DNA of 64,000 bases, taken from the NCBI RefSeq assembly GCF_000150275.1, contig NW_002060945.1, positions 4,451,397 to 4,515,396 on the forward strand, read 5' to 3'. The translations under genes and the position numbers were made by a program. Position 1 is the first letter of the stretch; each line of letters starts with the position of its first letter. The notes below the pieces were generated by a model, which saw only the letters and a program-made list of their open reading frames with translations, had not been told where the DNA came from and made no database searches. Positions 28,101-42,745 of the stretch are shown here, piece after piece. Source of the DNA: Trichoplax adhaerens. Lineage: Eukaryota > Animalia > Placozoa.

Positions 28101-31100
28101 TGCCCGTTTTCAGGATTTCCCTATACAATACTTGCTCGTGTTATGATGCAAATTTGAAGCAACCGTTCCATTTAAATACTTGACCATGGCCAAAATAGAC
28201 AGGTAATGATCATAATTAGCTATCGCACTTTAAATTGCTTTAAATAGTCATGAATAATGATCTATTTAGTAGCCGGTATAATTGGTATCATTGACGTACG
28301 ATACTGGCCTTAACGTTTAATGGACACTGCCTAGGATTGTAGACCCATTTTGATGGTAAGAATTAAAGGAATAAACTAGAAATATAATTCTTTTTAATAA
28401 TCTGTAAGTGGTTCTACTATGATGACTTAGAAACCCCATTCTTCTGAATATTTTACTGGAAAGAGTTTCATATAAGGCAAAAATTGTGATAACATAAGAT
28501 GGTTATCCTAACCTATGTTATCAATCGAAATGCTCTATTCCTTTTCTATATTTTCGTCAATGTTAGTGTTAAAACTCATTTTAATAAAGTACATCTGCGT
28601 CAAGTAACCGGTTAATTTAATTGAGAAATTGACATTGAATGGGAAAATTTCCGATTTGACGCTGGCATATACGCAAGTGTGTATACTGTTCTATAATGAT
28701 TGATTTTCTAATATACTGTACACATATAGATTCCAAACAATTTTTTATTCTATTCGGGCTATTTATCATTTTCAGCTCTAGAACACCATAGATTATTTTG
28801 AAAAAATACAAAGAAGTTTTAGTAGTACATTAAAAATGTTAAAATAGTTGTTTCCAGTAACTTGTACTTGAAAATGGATGAAAAAAACATACAATAACTT
28901 TCTGTTCCTGTTATTCAAATAACATAAGGAAATTTTGATACCTCAATATTCCACTGTACTTCAGTAAAAGTGAAATTTTACGACCCTTATTTTTTAGCAA
29001 ATAGTTTAACATGGCTGTAAATGCTAAATATGGTAGTTTTTATTCGTGCTGAGACAAATCAGAACGGGAACAGGAACAAAGAATATTTTAGAATCTTGTT
29101 TCCCTCTTATGTTAATCAATATTTTAGTTACAGTAGAACATTTTTATTCTTGAGAAACGTTATTAATTTCATTAAATTTATTCGTTAAGGATAATAAAAG
29201 TAACAGTGACAGATAGTCAACTAATTAGGCTAGTGTATTTCTAAAGTCCAGATAACTGCTATACTGTAAGGTAGATCTGTGCAAACATACAGTACAGTGA
29301 AGAGAAAGTTCTATTTATTGTTGAAGATATGTTACCATCATTAGCCTTAATTTAATTTGTTCTTTTTCTGTATTGCTATCGTGAATTTTTGACTTATTTC
29401 CTTTGGTGTAGTGACGAAGAATATATTGTTAAAATATAGATAACCGTCTTATATTGTAATAAGGGAAATAACACAAATTCATCATTGAAGACATTACTTC
29501 AGATAGTCTTGATCGCTATACAGTACATTAAAAATTGGTTATTTTTATGCATTGCTGCAGTCAACTTGATCCATTTCCTTTATTTTAGTGACTTAGAGTA
29601 GATAATACGAAGAATAATTACACTAGAGTATGAATTGACTATCTTATGAACTATAGTAGAGCTGATTTGGATTGCTTGACATGTTAAATTGGTTACTTTT
29701 CGTGTATTGCTATCATAAGTTTGATACATTTCTTTTGACAGTGATGACTAAGAGTGACGGATAACTACAGTCCTGTAGCCATCATTAGGGACAGTCATTC
29801 AGTTTGCATTGCTCGTCATATATGATTACAGGACGGTAATAGCTTAGCAAAATCAAAATATGGATAGAGTCTACACAACTATCTATATGAATAAATATTG
29901 AATCTTTCGAATATTATTAAGGTTATGATTAATTTACATAATTTTTCGAGATATTTTATATAAATTTGATGCAGTTTTTATAGCATAAATAATTAAAGGT
30001 AAGTGATGTTTAACAGATTTTTTTACAGTGAATAACACTCAACCGGCTGCAATAATGTTTAGCGTCTAGATAACTTTAATGAAAATTGCATGATGAAACA
30101 AATAACTCCATACGTAAATATTATTTTTCCCTTTTTTCTATCAGACGTAACTTTTGACGTATTTTCTATAGCATCCGTAAATAATCGTGACCGATGACGA
30201 ATAAGTAATCAAAAATAATATCAAAGTGATTGTTCGTCATTGTTATTGAATATCAATTTCTTTGACTTTTATTGTCTTACTACTTCAAATTTCTATTCGT
30301 TTCCTATGGTATTATTAACCAATGACGACTGATTGGCATTAAAAATTTATTATATTGAACTTGTTGTTAATCTTTCTAACTTTTTAGAGGTATTTTTTAT
30401 TTTTTACGTTCTTATTTTAAATTGAATTCAATTTTCATGCTGGTGGCAAATAACGAGTATTAGAAAATCACGCTCACTGTTAGATCTGAGTTTAAACTAC
30501 TTCTGAATTGTAAAGGGATTGGAAATACCCAACCAATACGTAACTTAGCCAATTAATATCGTAACCATGACAAACAATTGGCAATGCATAACTACATGCC
30601 TACTAGCTAGCTAGCAAACCATCAATAAATTACATCGAACTCGATACATAGTATAATATTGGTTTATCGCTCATAAAAATAACCAATAATGAATTTCGAT
30701 GGTATTAACAGTAAATCAATTCTGACGTCCAAGTATTGAACGATTCCGAACCGCTGATTCTCTTCTGTAACTGTAATACTTAACATAAATTCACTTTTTC
30801 CTTCAAATTGTTAAATCAGTGTTTAGAATATGAAAAAAATAGATACTATATTCTGAAAGTAATCCCTACTAGAAATCTTTTGTCACCCTTTTAACTTTCA
30901 ATGATTGAGAAACACTATAGGATGCACTTTTGAAGGTAAAGTGTCGAAATTGATCGGAAAATTTTCGTACGATCTGCGCGTTTTATAGTAACCTATTTGA
31001 CAGTAATGAGAGCGAATGGAGCGAATTTACAATTCCCTTTTCAAGATTAAAGTCTTAATATATGAGAATCTTCACTGCCATTTTTTAAATAGCTCTTAAT

Positions 31101-34100
31101 TTAATTTTAAATGACTTATGAGTACAATAATTAATTTAATCTCCAATTTATCCATCCAGTAGCTTTCACTTTATCTTATAATGCGGGAACAACTAAGAGT
31201 AATTTTTTAAATAGCGTCAAATTTAGAAATCGTAAGGCATCTTTCTTATCATTTATTCTTTAAGATATTCATATGCCAATGCAACGTATTGAAACAACCC
31301 TTGTTTTGGTGCCTGTATGAATACTGTATTGCCTTAGATTGGGCATGTTTTAGTTCTTAATATTATTTTGTCCTTGTTACGAGAAAGACTACATTAGTAG
31401 TATACAAAAAGTTTCGATAAAATGCTTCCAGCCGAGCGATATTTTAAGTAGTTTTATTGTACAAATATCTTGATCCTCAAATTAGGGAGCCCTATTCTAC
31501 CCTATCGGAACTGATTTCGCTGCATGAAATAACTTTAATTTCTTTCATTATCTCCAGATATCATATTATCAATCACAGATGTGGCATTGAAGTCATAAAC
31601 TTTGATTGAACTAAGTGCTTTGGGGCATCATTGAAAGCATTTGCAAATAGCGCTGACTGGAAGATTAAATGCAGTTACTGTGCTATGAGACTATATGATG
31701 CCTTCATCAAGTGCATAACGTAGAATAACATTGGAAGTGAAATTTGCAGGCCATTTTAATCGTAGAATTCAGCTGTTATATTGGCAATAAATCACTCATC
31801 ATTTTCATCGATAATTTAGCCAAGAGGATTCTTAAGTATAGCACATTCTTAATTAGTAAAGTGGAACAGTAATTGCATTTTATTAACATTAATATGGTAA
31901 ATAGTTTTAAGATTGGGAGTAATGTTGGCCTATTATTCAATAAGATTATGTGGTGTAATTTTATCTATATGGGGCTATGAATCATTAACTTCGAAGGGTT
32001 TTACAAATGTTTTGATTGCTACTTGTGTATTACTATTATCGGTTGATTGATTTATTTAACTTATTACAGATATCCAGTTCAGTGTAAGACTAATAATTTT
32101 CGTTAGCCTATTCATTATACTACCGATACTTACATTAGATGGCGGAGGTCTGTCTTCACCAAATTCGTTACGTGGACGTCGCGTAAAAGCACCAGTAAAG
32201 CAGCAGAAGATCGAAGCCAATAATTTATGATGTTGCTGTTTTTTCTTTCGATTGGTTTGCTCTGAAGGAAACATGATGAATTAAAATAAAATCCTTAACC
32301 AATTTATGTGATAATGCATATATATATTTTTTTCAATCATGAATACTGGTAAAGAATACATTAACCTATTAATGTGGTTATACTGGTATGATTGATGTGA
32401 GATATAGACATAATTCTTCCTGACAGTTAGTTTGGATATATAATTGTATACTGAACAATGAAATGGTGACCTTTCGAAGAAATGCTATTTTGATATTAAG
32501 TTCAATTTTTGAAAGGACTTTTACTAAGTTAACGTCACTTCCGTACGGTACTAAAATGCTGAAGTCAATGTATAAGATGGGAGTCATCAATAACATCCAA
32601 ATTGTAAACACCTATGATGTCAGTAATTTTGACCACTTTCTTTTTAACAACTATAAAATTTTCCCATTTCTCTATTTAATTTGGGATTAAATTACTAATG
32701 AAGTTGACCATTAGATACATTTAGTAAATTGTATTAGCGTATTAACTTAAAACGGAGATAAATATTTAAGTAGAGTATCATTGGATAGTTAGCCCATCTA
32801 CAAATTGTTTTACAAGAGAAGGTTATCGCAGCTGCGGACAATTTGTACATTTATTATTTAACACGCAATCTGTTAATAGTATAATGAAATATGCGAATGT
32901 TATCTATCGGTGGTATACCGTATACGTATATACCTTCATATTTTGTAATTTTTTTGTTTGTCCCTGATAGCCTTAATACGTAGCAACAATAGATGGAGAG
33001 ATATTATTTTACTTTTTTCAATTCTATAGTAACCAAATGAATACTCAGCATTGATGTAAGAAGGAACGATTACTACTGTTAAGGCTGGATTATGCTATGA
33101 AATAGAAGCTTATTCGATTTCTTTAGTCACGTCGAATGATAAGATAAGTCTGTTTCGTTGAGATTTCTCGTAACCGTGACCCGTAATATACTATCTTGCA
33201 TATCTGCATCGTTTACGCAATGAAAGCTTCTATTTTTAAAACTGATAATGCTATCCGGATAACGGAAACTGTAGAATTATACTGACACAGAATAATATTG
33301 ATATAGAAAATGTAATAACCAACATATATACAATGACAGATAAATACCTTTTCAATTTTTTAATATATATAACATATGTCTTAAACAATTTCATACGATA
33401 CATCGTAGTGGCCTTAAGCTAAATTAACTTCTGAAAGATGGATAGAGTGTAGAATACTCTTTTCACTCTAGGTAAAGAGTTTGATCTCTTACTATCTTTT
33501 AATATCATGTATTTTATCTCGCTGCTAAAAAATTTTCATGAAGATATTTTTATAATTCTGTCTTGAAATTTATAATAAGAACGGGTAATGTATAACGTGT
33601 AGTATGGCTGTAATAATAGTTTAATCTAGTATTTATTTAAGGTTTTTTTGAGCAAGAAAAGAAATAAAATGATACAGGAAAAATTAAAACCGGATGAGGT
33701 CAAAATAGAATTTTAATATGTAAAAGGGTGCTATTAGTCAAAAGTAAAGAGACAGCGATCCATCAATCTACGATATAAGGGATTAGTCAAGAATGGAGGT
33801 TTATCGTCTATGTGAGGCATGATTGTATACTAGATTGGATTAGATATTTAAGAACAATAATAAAGTGTTTTGAGCATAGCACAGCCCATCAGTTAATTAA
33901 AAAATATACGGCAATCAGTATCAAGGATAAGATGGATAAAATGTTTATGCGTCTTACTGCAAACATGTAGTAGTCATAAAGGTCAGCAGTAGATCATTGA
34001 CTTCAAGAAATCTAAGATAGCATAATGAATAAAATAGGCGAATTTCACCTGCTCTCTAAACTACGCTACGTATAACCATATATGGAGAATAATATATATA

Positions 34101-37100
34101 TACTACGTATAACATTAATAAAGCCCTTTATTTTTTTTAGAATCAACGCATTAATGAGAATGTATTGGAGGGTACCGATCACTTCCAATATTACTTAGTG
34201 TTATTTTGTTTTTACTTCGATAAAAGTTATCTATTTATTAAGACAGTTATAAATATAAGTCGAAGTAGTACTAGACGTGTAATGACTAGCCAGAAAAAGT
34301 AGACACAAATATATTTTTATTCAGATAATGAGGGTGTAACTGAAAATAGTTTGTAAAGAATAGACTATAGATCTCGTCAAAAATTCACGGAATTCATAAC
34401 TCTATTTTCTACATATTAAAGTACAGAAAATCTCTCTAAAATATAAAAGAAGTTGAATTAATTTCAATATTTTAATCTATAAACTGGTTAATGTGCTAAG
34501 TAATACTCGATTTTAAATCAATGCTGGTAAACTGATAATGAATAGAAAATCTAATAAACTGTAACAGTAAACAATTACTCTTTGCTGTGCTGAAGAAATA
34601 GCGAGAAAGGCATTGAAAATTAAAATCTATCAATTGTATTGTTAAGTAGTCAAATATCACTTTAAGGCGATTTCTACTGGGTCAACCTGAATGCAGAAAA
34701 TACGATACGAGCGTATCTATTCGTATATAAAACTATTGCGAACATTGATGCAATAATTATTACCAATCATAGTCATACAATCCAATTTGCTATCGTAAGC
34801 ATTTAGATTGCATCGACCGTAATAAGAGAAATTCACTGATATTAATAAGATCTACAGTAATTAGGATCCTTTTTGAATACTGTACTTGTTTAATTTCAAG
34901 ATTTGAAGAAGAAAGTAGGAGGGCAGGAGCTAACTTAAAACTGAAAAGAATGCCGTATCTATTGAGCATAAATTATACATATACGAGTATAATTAAATCA
35001 ATCGTTATCGATGCGAATATAACATACAAAGTATTTTTATTCTTGCTTGCAGCGCTAGAATTATCTCTTTTCATTTTTACTTTACTTAGTTCTAGGTCAA
35101 AGTAATGTCGTTCGTTAGTCTATTTCACGTTAGTAGCGATGGCACTGATTGTACAGTATTACAGTATAACAGTCAATTCCATCGATGAATAGTAACATAG
35201 TAATCGAATCAAGTATGCCATATAAAATGGGCAAATTAGATGAAAATTAATAAACAGAAAAGAAGTCATTTACAATCGCTTATTCAGGTGTTGCTAACGT
35301 TAAAGGTAGTTGTGGGTCTCTTTCTTAGAGTTCTCTAGTTATAAAGTTAATCACTCCTGATGTATAATAGTATAAAGTCATATCCTAAGTTGAAATCGAC
35401 ATGAGTAAGAGAGTAATAAATCAACGTTGAGATATTTATTCTTTCTTTCGCTTTGTCTGGATCAATAAACGTAGTAAGTAAAATGTAAAATTGCTCGCTA
35501 TGTAAAATTTAAGTAGTGCCGCCGCCGACATTGCTTATACAGTAGAATAGCTCGTAGTTTAAATAAGCAATAAAGTAACCTTTCGTATTGTTCATTTATT
35601 CAAATTTTTTTTTGTTGTAACTTTCGCTCATTCTACTCCTTAGTAATTAGAACAAGTCATCAGTTAGTTTATCAATGTCCAAATAATTTTGAATAAAAAA
35701 ATAAGCGGTGATAACTTTGCTAACGCGTACGAGGAGAGAAACATTTTCAAGACGATTGCTAATTAATGGTCATAAAATAATATCTAATAATACATAATTT
35801 TTACATTAGCGATAGACACACCTCATGATCAACGAGATAGAGAATACAGTATTGTGTCATCGAATAATAAAGTCAATGTTAGTATTTACAACGAGACGTT
35901 CATGATGTATTGTAAGATAAATTCACCGTGTAAGGGCAGAGAAATAGAAATGCAAAAGAGAAAAAATGACTCCATTACATAGTACTACCTATAAGTATCA
36001 TTGTAGTTGAATGAAAAAGAAAGATACTATTCCAAAAGTCTACAGTAGATGGAAATAAGCTTGCAGTCCGTATATCGAATGGTTGTATGACCGCAATATA
36101 AATAGCTAGGATAAAGAAGTATTTAATCTTTAAAAATATAAATAGAGATTTGAACTTTCAGCAAGTAAATATAAATACTTACTATAAATTTATAGCAAGA
36201 CGCTAAATGTTTATGCTAACGATATGCGTAAGTCATTAAGCAAAAAAAATTACCCACATGAGAAGAAATAGCTGCAAACTCTTACCAATGTGAAGTAAAA
36301 CAGGAAACGTTGCTATCAATTTTATATATAGATAAACAATTCGTATTCCATTTTAAAGTGTAGGAAGAAGGCATGGTTACTAGAGGAAAAAATACTAACT
36401 AACTGTAGAACTTCAAAAGTTTCAGAGGAAAATAATACTAACTAACTGTAGAACTTCAACAGTTTCAAGTTTACATGACTACGTCGCAAAGTTATCAATA
36501 GTAGTTCCGTAATTATAGTCGTTTGTAAATTTAAAGAAACAGATACATGTCTATTTTAAGCAGTATCATTAGGCATTTGCCGAATGCATGACCTCTTTCG
36601 AATGGCTACTTCATTAATGCAATAACAGGCAGAGCATTTTCTCGAGTTCTTATTTTTTTGATTTTGCTTACTCGCTGGGTGTTCATTCTTATTAATAAGC
36701 AATTCTTAGGGCAAATTATAAAAATTCCATTCTAAAACGTTATTGTCAGTGATATCGGGTGTCATTAATACACGAACAGGAAAGATTGCAAATATTTAAA
36801 ATCTTTCGCCCCTGACATTTGATTCTTAATCCGCCCTCAGGGCTTAGAAGATTTTGTGTACTGAGTAGTTTTAATGATGGTTTACAGATCTACAAAATAA
36901 AGTAAATAACTTTACGTAATTTAGCGCTAGTAACTGGAACGGATCTAAACCAACGTAGATGTTAATCGGTATCAAGGCGATCTCAGCAGAAGGTTATACC
37001 GTTATACTTGTATCGCTATACTATGATAAAAATAACGTTCATGTTCAACTTCGCTGTCTTACACATATCATGCAGTACATTGTAATTTAATAATTCATCA

Positions 37101-37676
37101 AGTGAGTAACGAGTTGGAGGTCATTTTTTTTACTTGATATTGTTAACATCTTGTCCGTGTAGAATAACTTGAGCACTCTATAAGATGGGACTGCATTGAG
37201 TGTAAAAGTATCGACTTGGCATACAAAGTCGTATCATGATAGGGATGAGATGGAGTTTGTAGTTCAAACAAATCAGTTTTTCAATGGTACGACATCGTGC
37301 CTTAATTGCTTCTCTATTACAATGATTTACGAAACGATGACGATATAAGCTTAGTACACATTGGACTACACCAATCTTAGCCTATCGTATAAGCTATTGA
37401 TGGTACTTGCATACTGGCTAGAGTACCTTCAAGACGATGATAGCATGAATTTTTTTCTTCATTTCCAAAAAATAAAAAGTAAGATATAGATAGAGTAATA
37501 TTTAGCAGCTCTTTACCTTCCCACTTGGCTACATTAATTAATTAATATTGATATGGCAATCATAACAACTTACCTCTTTGAAGATCAGAATTGGATTCGC
37601 TGCTCATATCTCGTAACGGTTGCTGGTCTTCATTTTCCTTGCTAACTTGTGCAATAATGGATGTTTCATCATCCAT
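25146..37676 (-). CDS. CTDSP: Small CTD phosphatase (SCP/CTDSP1/2/L family, HAD fold)
   Basis: Exons 37676-37574, 32261-32134, 27652-27551, 27088-27032, 26846-26754, 26531-26433, 26156-26070, 25715-25146, all phase-consistent. N-terminus [19 protein letters not shown] palmitoylation-type motif, catalytic [44 protein letters not shown]. Confidence 0.95.
27868..27990 (-). CDS. Candidate alternative or cassette exon of CTDSP (41 aa, acidic, internal 24-nt repeat)
   Basis: ttattaccgtag|ATG...TTA|gtacga; 123 nt, phase 0-0, stop-free: [41 protein letters not shown]. Confidence 0.5.
36382..36467. repeat. ~43-bp tandem duplication in CTDSP intron 1
   Basis: agaggaaaa(t)aatactaactaactgtagaacttcaa(a/c)agtttc occurs twice. 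Confidence 0.9.
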
Positions 37677-39683
37677 TATCTAGCATTAAAATGTTTCAAA
37701 TAATTCTAGTTTATTCTTATCTACTGTAATAAGTAGAGAGATAAATAGTGATTTTCAACGGACAATTTTTAGTGGGTGGAACGCAATCCAACAAGGTAAA
37801 GGTACCGTTCCGAACTGTAATTTTCTTTTGTACGATTGAATCTTATCTACACATTCACTCACTCCAACTTTGTTCAACGCCCCAAAACTGTAGACGTACT
37901 CTTCAAGCGGATCAAGAATTGTTGAATGTTGAAAAATCGATCCACTACGAGCTTAATGACTACTGTAAGCTACGACTTGAAGGAGCCAATTAAAAAAAAT
38001 AATAATAATAGTGCGGGGATGCTTGGGAACTCTTCTACGTCGCGATCGCTAATATTGATTAATTTATTTATTATGCAGAATATTATAATCATGATGATAT
38101 TGTAGTGCACTGTGGCGCGGTCCGTCGAGCACAGTGGTGCACAGTGGTGCACAATAGTGCGCAGTAGGTACACCACATTCGTTGTTACATTGCATTGCTC
38201 TTGGCTACTGTACTCTGGCAATTGCACGAGACTGTACACTAATACAATCACTATTGCAGCTAGCTGAATTCACTGTCAACAGTGACATTGTTTTTGGCCA
38301 TGGATTAATGTTCTATTCACATTTTGAGAATTCCACCAGCTTCTAATGGTTGTAATATACCATCGTCGCCACTGTAGTGGCTAGCAAAATTAATGTCACT
38401 ATTATTACCAAACAGTGGAAAGTCAGTCGCCGTGGCCATGGGGTGTAACTCTACCGTACGGACACTACAGTACTTATACTGTACGTTGTGTTACGCTGCA
38501 GTACTGTACTTTTAGCAGGCCTTCTTGGCAGAATCCTTGGCAAAATGGCTTAACTGGACATGGACTATTGGATGTTAATCCATGTGCTGCGTTACAAAAC
38601 TCAATTTACGATACTTTTAGATTACTCTTTAGTCGACGATTGAACTTAGATTACTACTATACTGTACACTACAGTCATCACACAAGTCAACTGTCTTGGA
38701 CCGTTGTGTACTGTACTGTACTATACTTATCACCGAATAGAATTAAATTCATTAAATAACTGGAAAAGATAATCCAGCAGCATCTATCAGCAATAAATAA
38801 GGTTCATCAACTGTAAATAAATACTAATCATCTACGTTGTAGTCATAGATTGTCTAAAATTGATGGCTAAATATTAACGAAACACACATTCTTCGTTGTA
38901 TTGCAATACTTGCAATAACTGATCATGGTATTTAATAATAACATCATTGATCAAGCTTTTATCACTATGCGTCTTGCTGTGTACAGTCAGAAGCTTCTGT
39001 GCGTTAAAGCAGCAAAATTAAAGCCAAATGTTTTTATTTTCTAACAATTGCTAAAAGATTACAAAAAGCTGTATTACCGCAAATTGCAAAATTCTAAATT
39101 TTACTCTACTGTACTTTTAAAAATCCAATGAGAGTATCATGAAATACTCATATATCTGGTTAATGCTGTACTATTGGCATGTAATAATTTTGCAAAAGCA
39201 TCCATCGAAGATGGATATCCAAGATATTTAGCCCAGCAAAGGATAAAGTACTGTACCTTTACTTTAGATTAAGTTTACTGTTGTGTCAAGTTGTACAACT
39301 TGGCGGAATGTAAATTATATTACAGTAAGCATAATAGATATATACGGCATTTTTTTATTTACTGTATATGTTTTAAGAACTTGTTTACGTAGCTGCATCT
39401 ACCTACTCAAGAATATAACTTTTAAAATGTACAACAATTAGCAGCTGAAACTATTAGAATAATAAACATAGTTAAATTGGACTCATGAAAATAATACATA
39501 CAGAGTGTAAAGAATTTACAAATCCACGAAAAGTGATGTTTTTAGTAAATGAGATAATGCCCTTCATTAGCCAATCTTACAGTCTCCATGAAACAAAGAT
39601 CTTAAACGGCTATCATTCAAATAATAGGCTTCGGTTGCTTTAGACCTAACGCAATCTAGGCGGTGGCACTCATATCTTCAATA

Positions 39684-42261
39684 TTAATCTCTTCGTAGGT
39701 TGTCCAGCCTATAGTTTAAGTTGATTATACAATCATATCAGTATGAACAGTACGTGTATCCGAATGAAGATCCGTCCAAAATAGTAGCAATCACAGTATT
39801 AACTAGAGAGCTAAAGAACGAAATTCAATTTAGACAGCCTGACATACCTGGCTTGTAGGTCTGCATCTAAATCACTATTGCCACCACCACCAGCAGCAGC
39901 AACCTGCGGTTGTTTTGCTGCATGGGATGCTGAGTTCAAGGAAGTGCTGCTTGCTGGAAGGTCAGCAAGCTAATAAAATCGAGGTAGAAAGGGTTAAAAC
40001 TATAGCAGCATAATTTTTAGAGGGAGTGCATTGAATCATGTAATAGTAACACAATTACCTGATCGGTAAGCGTCAATCCCAGTTCGTCAAAAACTTGAGC
40101 CACTATAGCATCGCTAATAAAGCACAAATTTGACATTACATTTAAAGTTTTTACTCGTAAAAGTATTGAAACGCTAAAAATTTAAACTGCAGTTTTGATC
40201 ACACCTTTCTTCATCATCCTCTTCATCGCCTATAACATCATCGATAGCGTCATTCATCATTTCTTCCTTCATATCCATTACTTCAGATTGCTTTTCAAAT
40301 TCCATCATAATCTTTTGTATTTGTGGCAAGTTTAGCTGCTTATTCATTCTACCTAATGCTTTAGCTACGCCTTTCATAGCTTGCGCCATGGAATTGGTTG
40401 AACGAAGAGTCTATAAAATCGGTAAGTACAAAAGTCTTTTGTTAGGCCAGTTTAGAGTTGAGAAAGATTGCAATCTTTTTCATGAGAGTTGAGATGTCAT
40501 CAACATACCTGTATTTTTAAAGAAACCGCCTGCAAATTGGCTTTCATCATTATAAATTTTTTAACATATCGACGTGTTCGAACTAAATCTTTGGCCATGA
40601 TTTTGGTAGCGTCCTAAAAGATGGGTAATCAAATAAATTGGTTCAGTATGGCTGCATCTGTATGCGTGTCGACGTGAAAGGTACGTAACTGGGAAGTGTA
40701 CGTCTATATTTGTCACATCGTTTGAATCATTGCATTTTAGCTTCAAATTTCACATATCGTAGCGAGCCAATAGAAATATAATCTATGTAAAGAAATTGAT
40801 TACTCATAGTTACCATTTGTCCAGCCTTCGCCATCTTTTTAATATCAGCAATGACTTTCTTCTCTTGTTGTTCTAATTTTACTCTTTCCCGATCTAAATC
40901 CCTTTTAATATTAAAACAGAAACATTAACACATTGATAAAGGAGGCAATAAAGATATTATTTTGCACATACTAAAAGATACTTTCTGAAGCTATATTAGA
41001 GGTCCAAAAGACTAGAGTACGAGTTTACACTTTGCAGTACGGCGTAACTGTAGTCTATAGCTTGATATTTCAGTCGAGTACCATAAATACTATACATACT
41101 GCACATGTAAAGATTCATTGATATGAGCGAAACTAAAATTTACAATTGTTCCATGGCAACAACATCGGCTCATCAACTCCAAAGACTCTACCTCTACAAT
41201 TCTTCGTTTTGTTTCAGTAATTTATCTGAATCTAGTATTGCATGTAGCACAATGTGATATTCGCCAACGAGTATTGTAGGTAGGCCATCGCTATCGATAT
41301 TTACTGTCAATATAAGGTACTAGTGGGGGCTACGTAGTTCTTTACGTTTTGTTGATCAGATAAGGTTCCTAATTGGCCAAGAGGGAAGACTTTCAAGGCT
41401 AGTAGTAATAACTACATGAAAATTAAATTACAATTTGTGATTTATTATTCATCTATCGTTAGTACCTACATATGTATTGTAAATAGATCATGAATTCTTC
41501 GTTGGAGCATATTAAACATGACTCAACATCCATAATGCAAAATTTTAGCCTTGAGGGGTATTTCATTTACATGCTACAGCAGTCACATTGTTGATGAAAG
41601 TACAGATTTTGTCAGTGTCCTCACTAATGACTAATTTCAATAGCTTCGGGTAAAAATAACAAGAGACTGGTGTGACTAACCGGTGTACGCAATAGAACTG
41701 AAGATTCATCTTGATAATATTTTACTCTACTATACCTGCGCCTTGTACTGTTATACTGTCGTGAATCCGCATATGAAAGTTTATACAGATCAAAATCAAA
41801 CAGCGTAGGTTGTAAATTATTGTATTTTATCAAATGTCGAACTGTGAACATTGGAAGAGGATCCCCAAGTTTCCCTGATTTTATGCGAAAGGGTGAGGTC
41901 GGAAAATCAATATTTCCCCATGAAATATTTCATAGTTAACTGTTAGCAATATCGATCTGGTTGTAGCCAGTGGACATTGCAGTATTTATTTGAATGCTAA
42001 CTTTGCGCTATACGTAGTTGATATACTGTAGTTTTATTTGGTATTGGCTATTACGTTTCTTTGGAAAGTCGCTTCCTTGATGGACAACTATTGTACATTG
42101 CATCAAGCTTTCTATCTTGCTGTACAGTACATAAAATGTTGTTGCTATTACCGCACTGTTTAGTGATAAACCTACCGAATCGCTTTATTTAAAGCGCGCT
42201 GGTTTTGCTTCAATAACTCTTCGGGAGTTTTCTTTTTTCCAAATAAAAATTCCAGTGGCAT
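39684..42261 (-). CDS. CHMP2A: ESCRT-III subunit CHMP2A (Vps2)
   Basis: Exons 42261-42176, 40901-40814, 40613-40509, 40410-40205, 40113-40059, 39969-39848, 39708-39684. Protein MPLEFLFGKKKTPEELLKQNQRALNKAIRDLDRER...MAKDLVRTRRYVKKF...MIM tail DADLQARLDNLRRD. Confidence 0.97.
41700..41930 (-). pseudogene. Possible decayed non-LTR reverse-transcriptase fragment in CHMP2A intron 1
   Basis: A stop-free frame reads TSPFRIKSGKLGDPLPMF...YKLSYADS, loosely matching the RT motifs F.I..GVRQGDPLSP.LF and YADD in the right order. Confidence 0.3.
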
Positions 42262-42459
42262 GTCGTATTATTGTGGTAATGTTTTGTAGGATAGTTGAAA
42301 TCAGCAGTAGAATGGAATCAGCCCAAGTTAGCAGTAATATTGGACGATCAAGTGAAGAACCTTTTAGCAAGAAATTGGCAACGACTTGGAAGTCAATATA
42401 GTCCAGTCCAGTCCAGTAGTTTGAGAAATGTGGCGATTGGTTTCAGTACCTGAAGTTAT

Positions 42460-42745
42460 ACGTACTGTACAGGTACGGATGGTTTGTTCGACTTCTGGTA
42501 CTGTACAGTATAGTACTTTTGGAGGGTCTGTACAGCACCCTTTACTGTACTGTACAGTGTACAGTACAGTAAGTACAGTGTACAGTACTGTACAGTACTG
42601 TACAGTAAGTACAGTGTACAGTACAGTAAGTACAGTGTACAGTACTGTACAGTACTGTACAGTAAGTACAGTGTACAGTACAGTTCATTGTAGTCAATTG
42701 TCAGCATACTGTACACTGTACTGGATAAAACCTCTACTGTACTGG
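42460..42745. repeat. TACAG/TACTG array containing a 57-bp higher-order repeat (~2.3 copies)
   Basis: TACAGTG TACAG TACAG TAAG TACAGTG TACAG TACTG TACAG TACTG TACAG TAAG repeats over ~42553-42685. Confidence 0.9.

Noticed and set aside
25716-37573. miR-26-like hairpin, since vertebrate CTDSP introns host miR-26
   Set aside because: No matching mature sequence or convincing hairpin was seen by eye.
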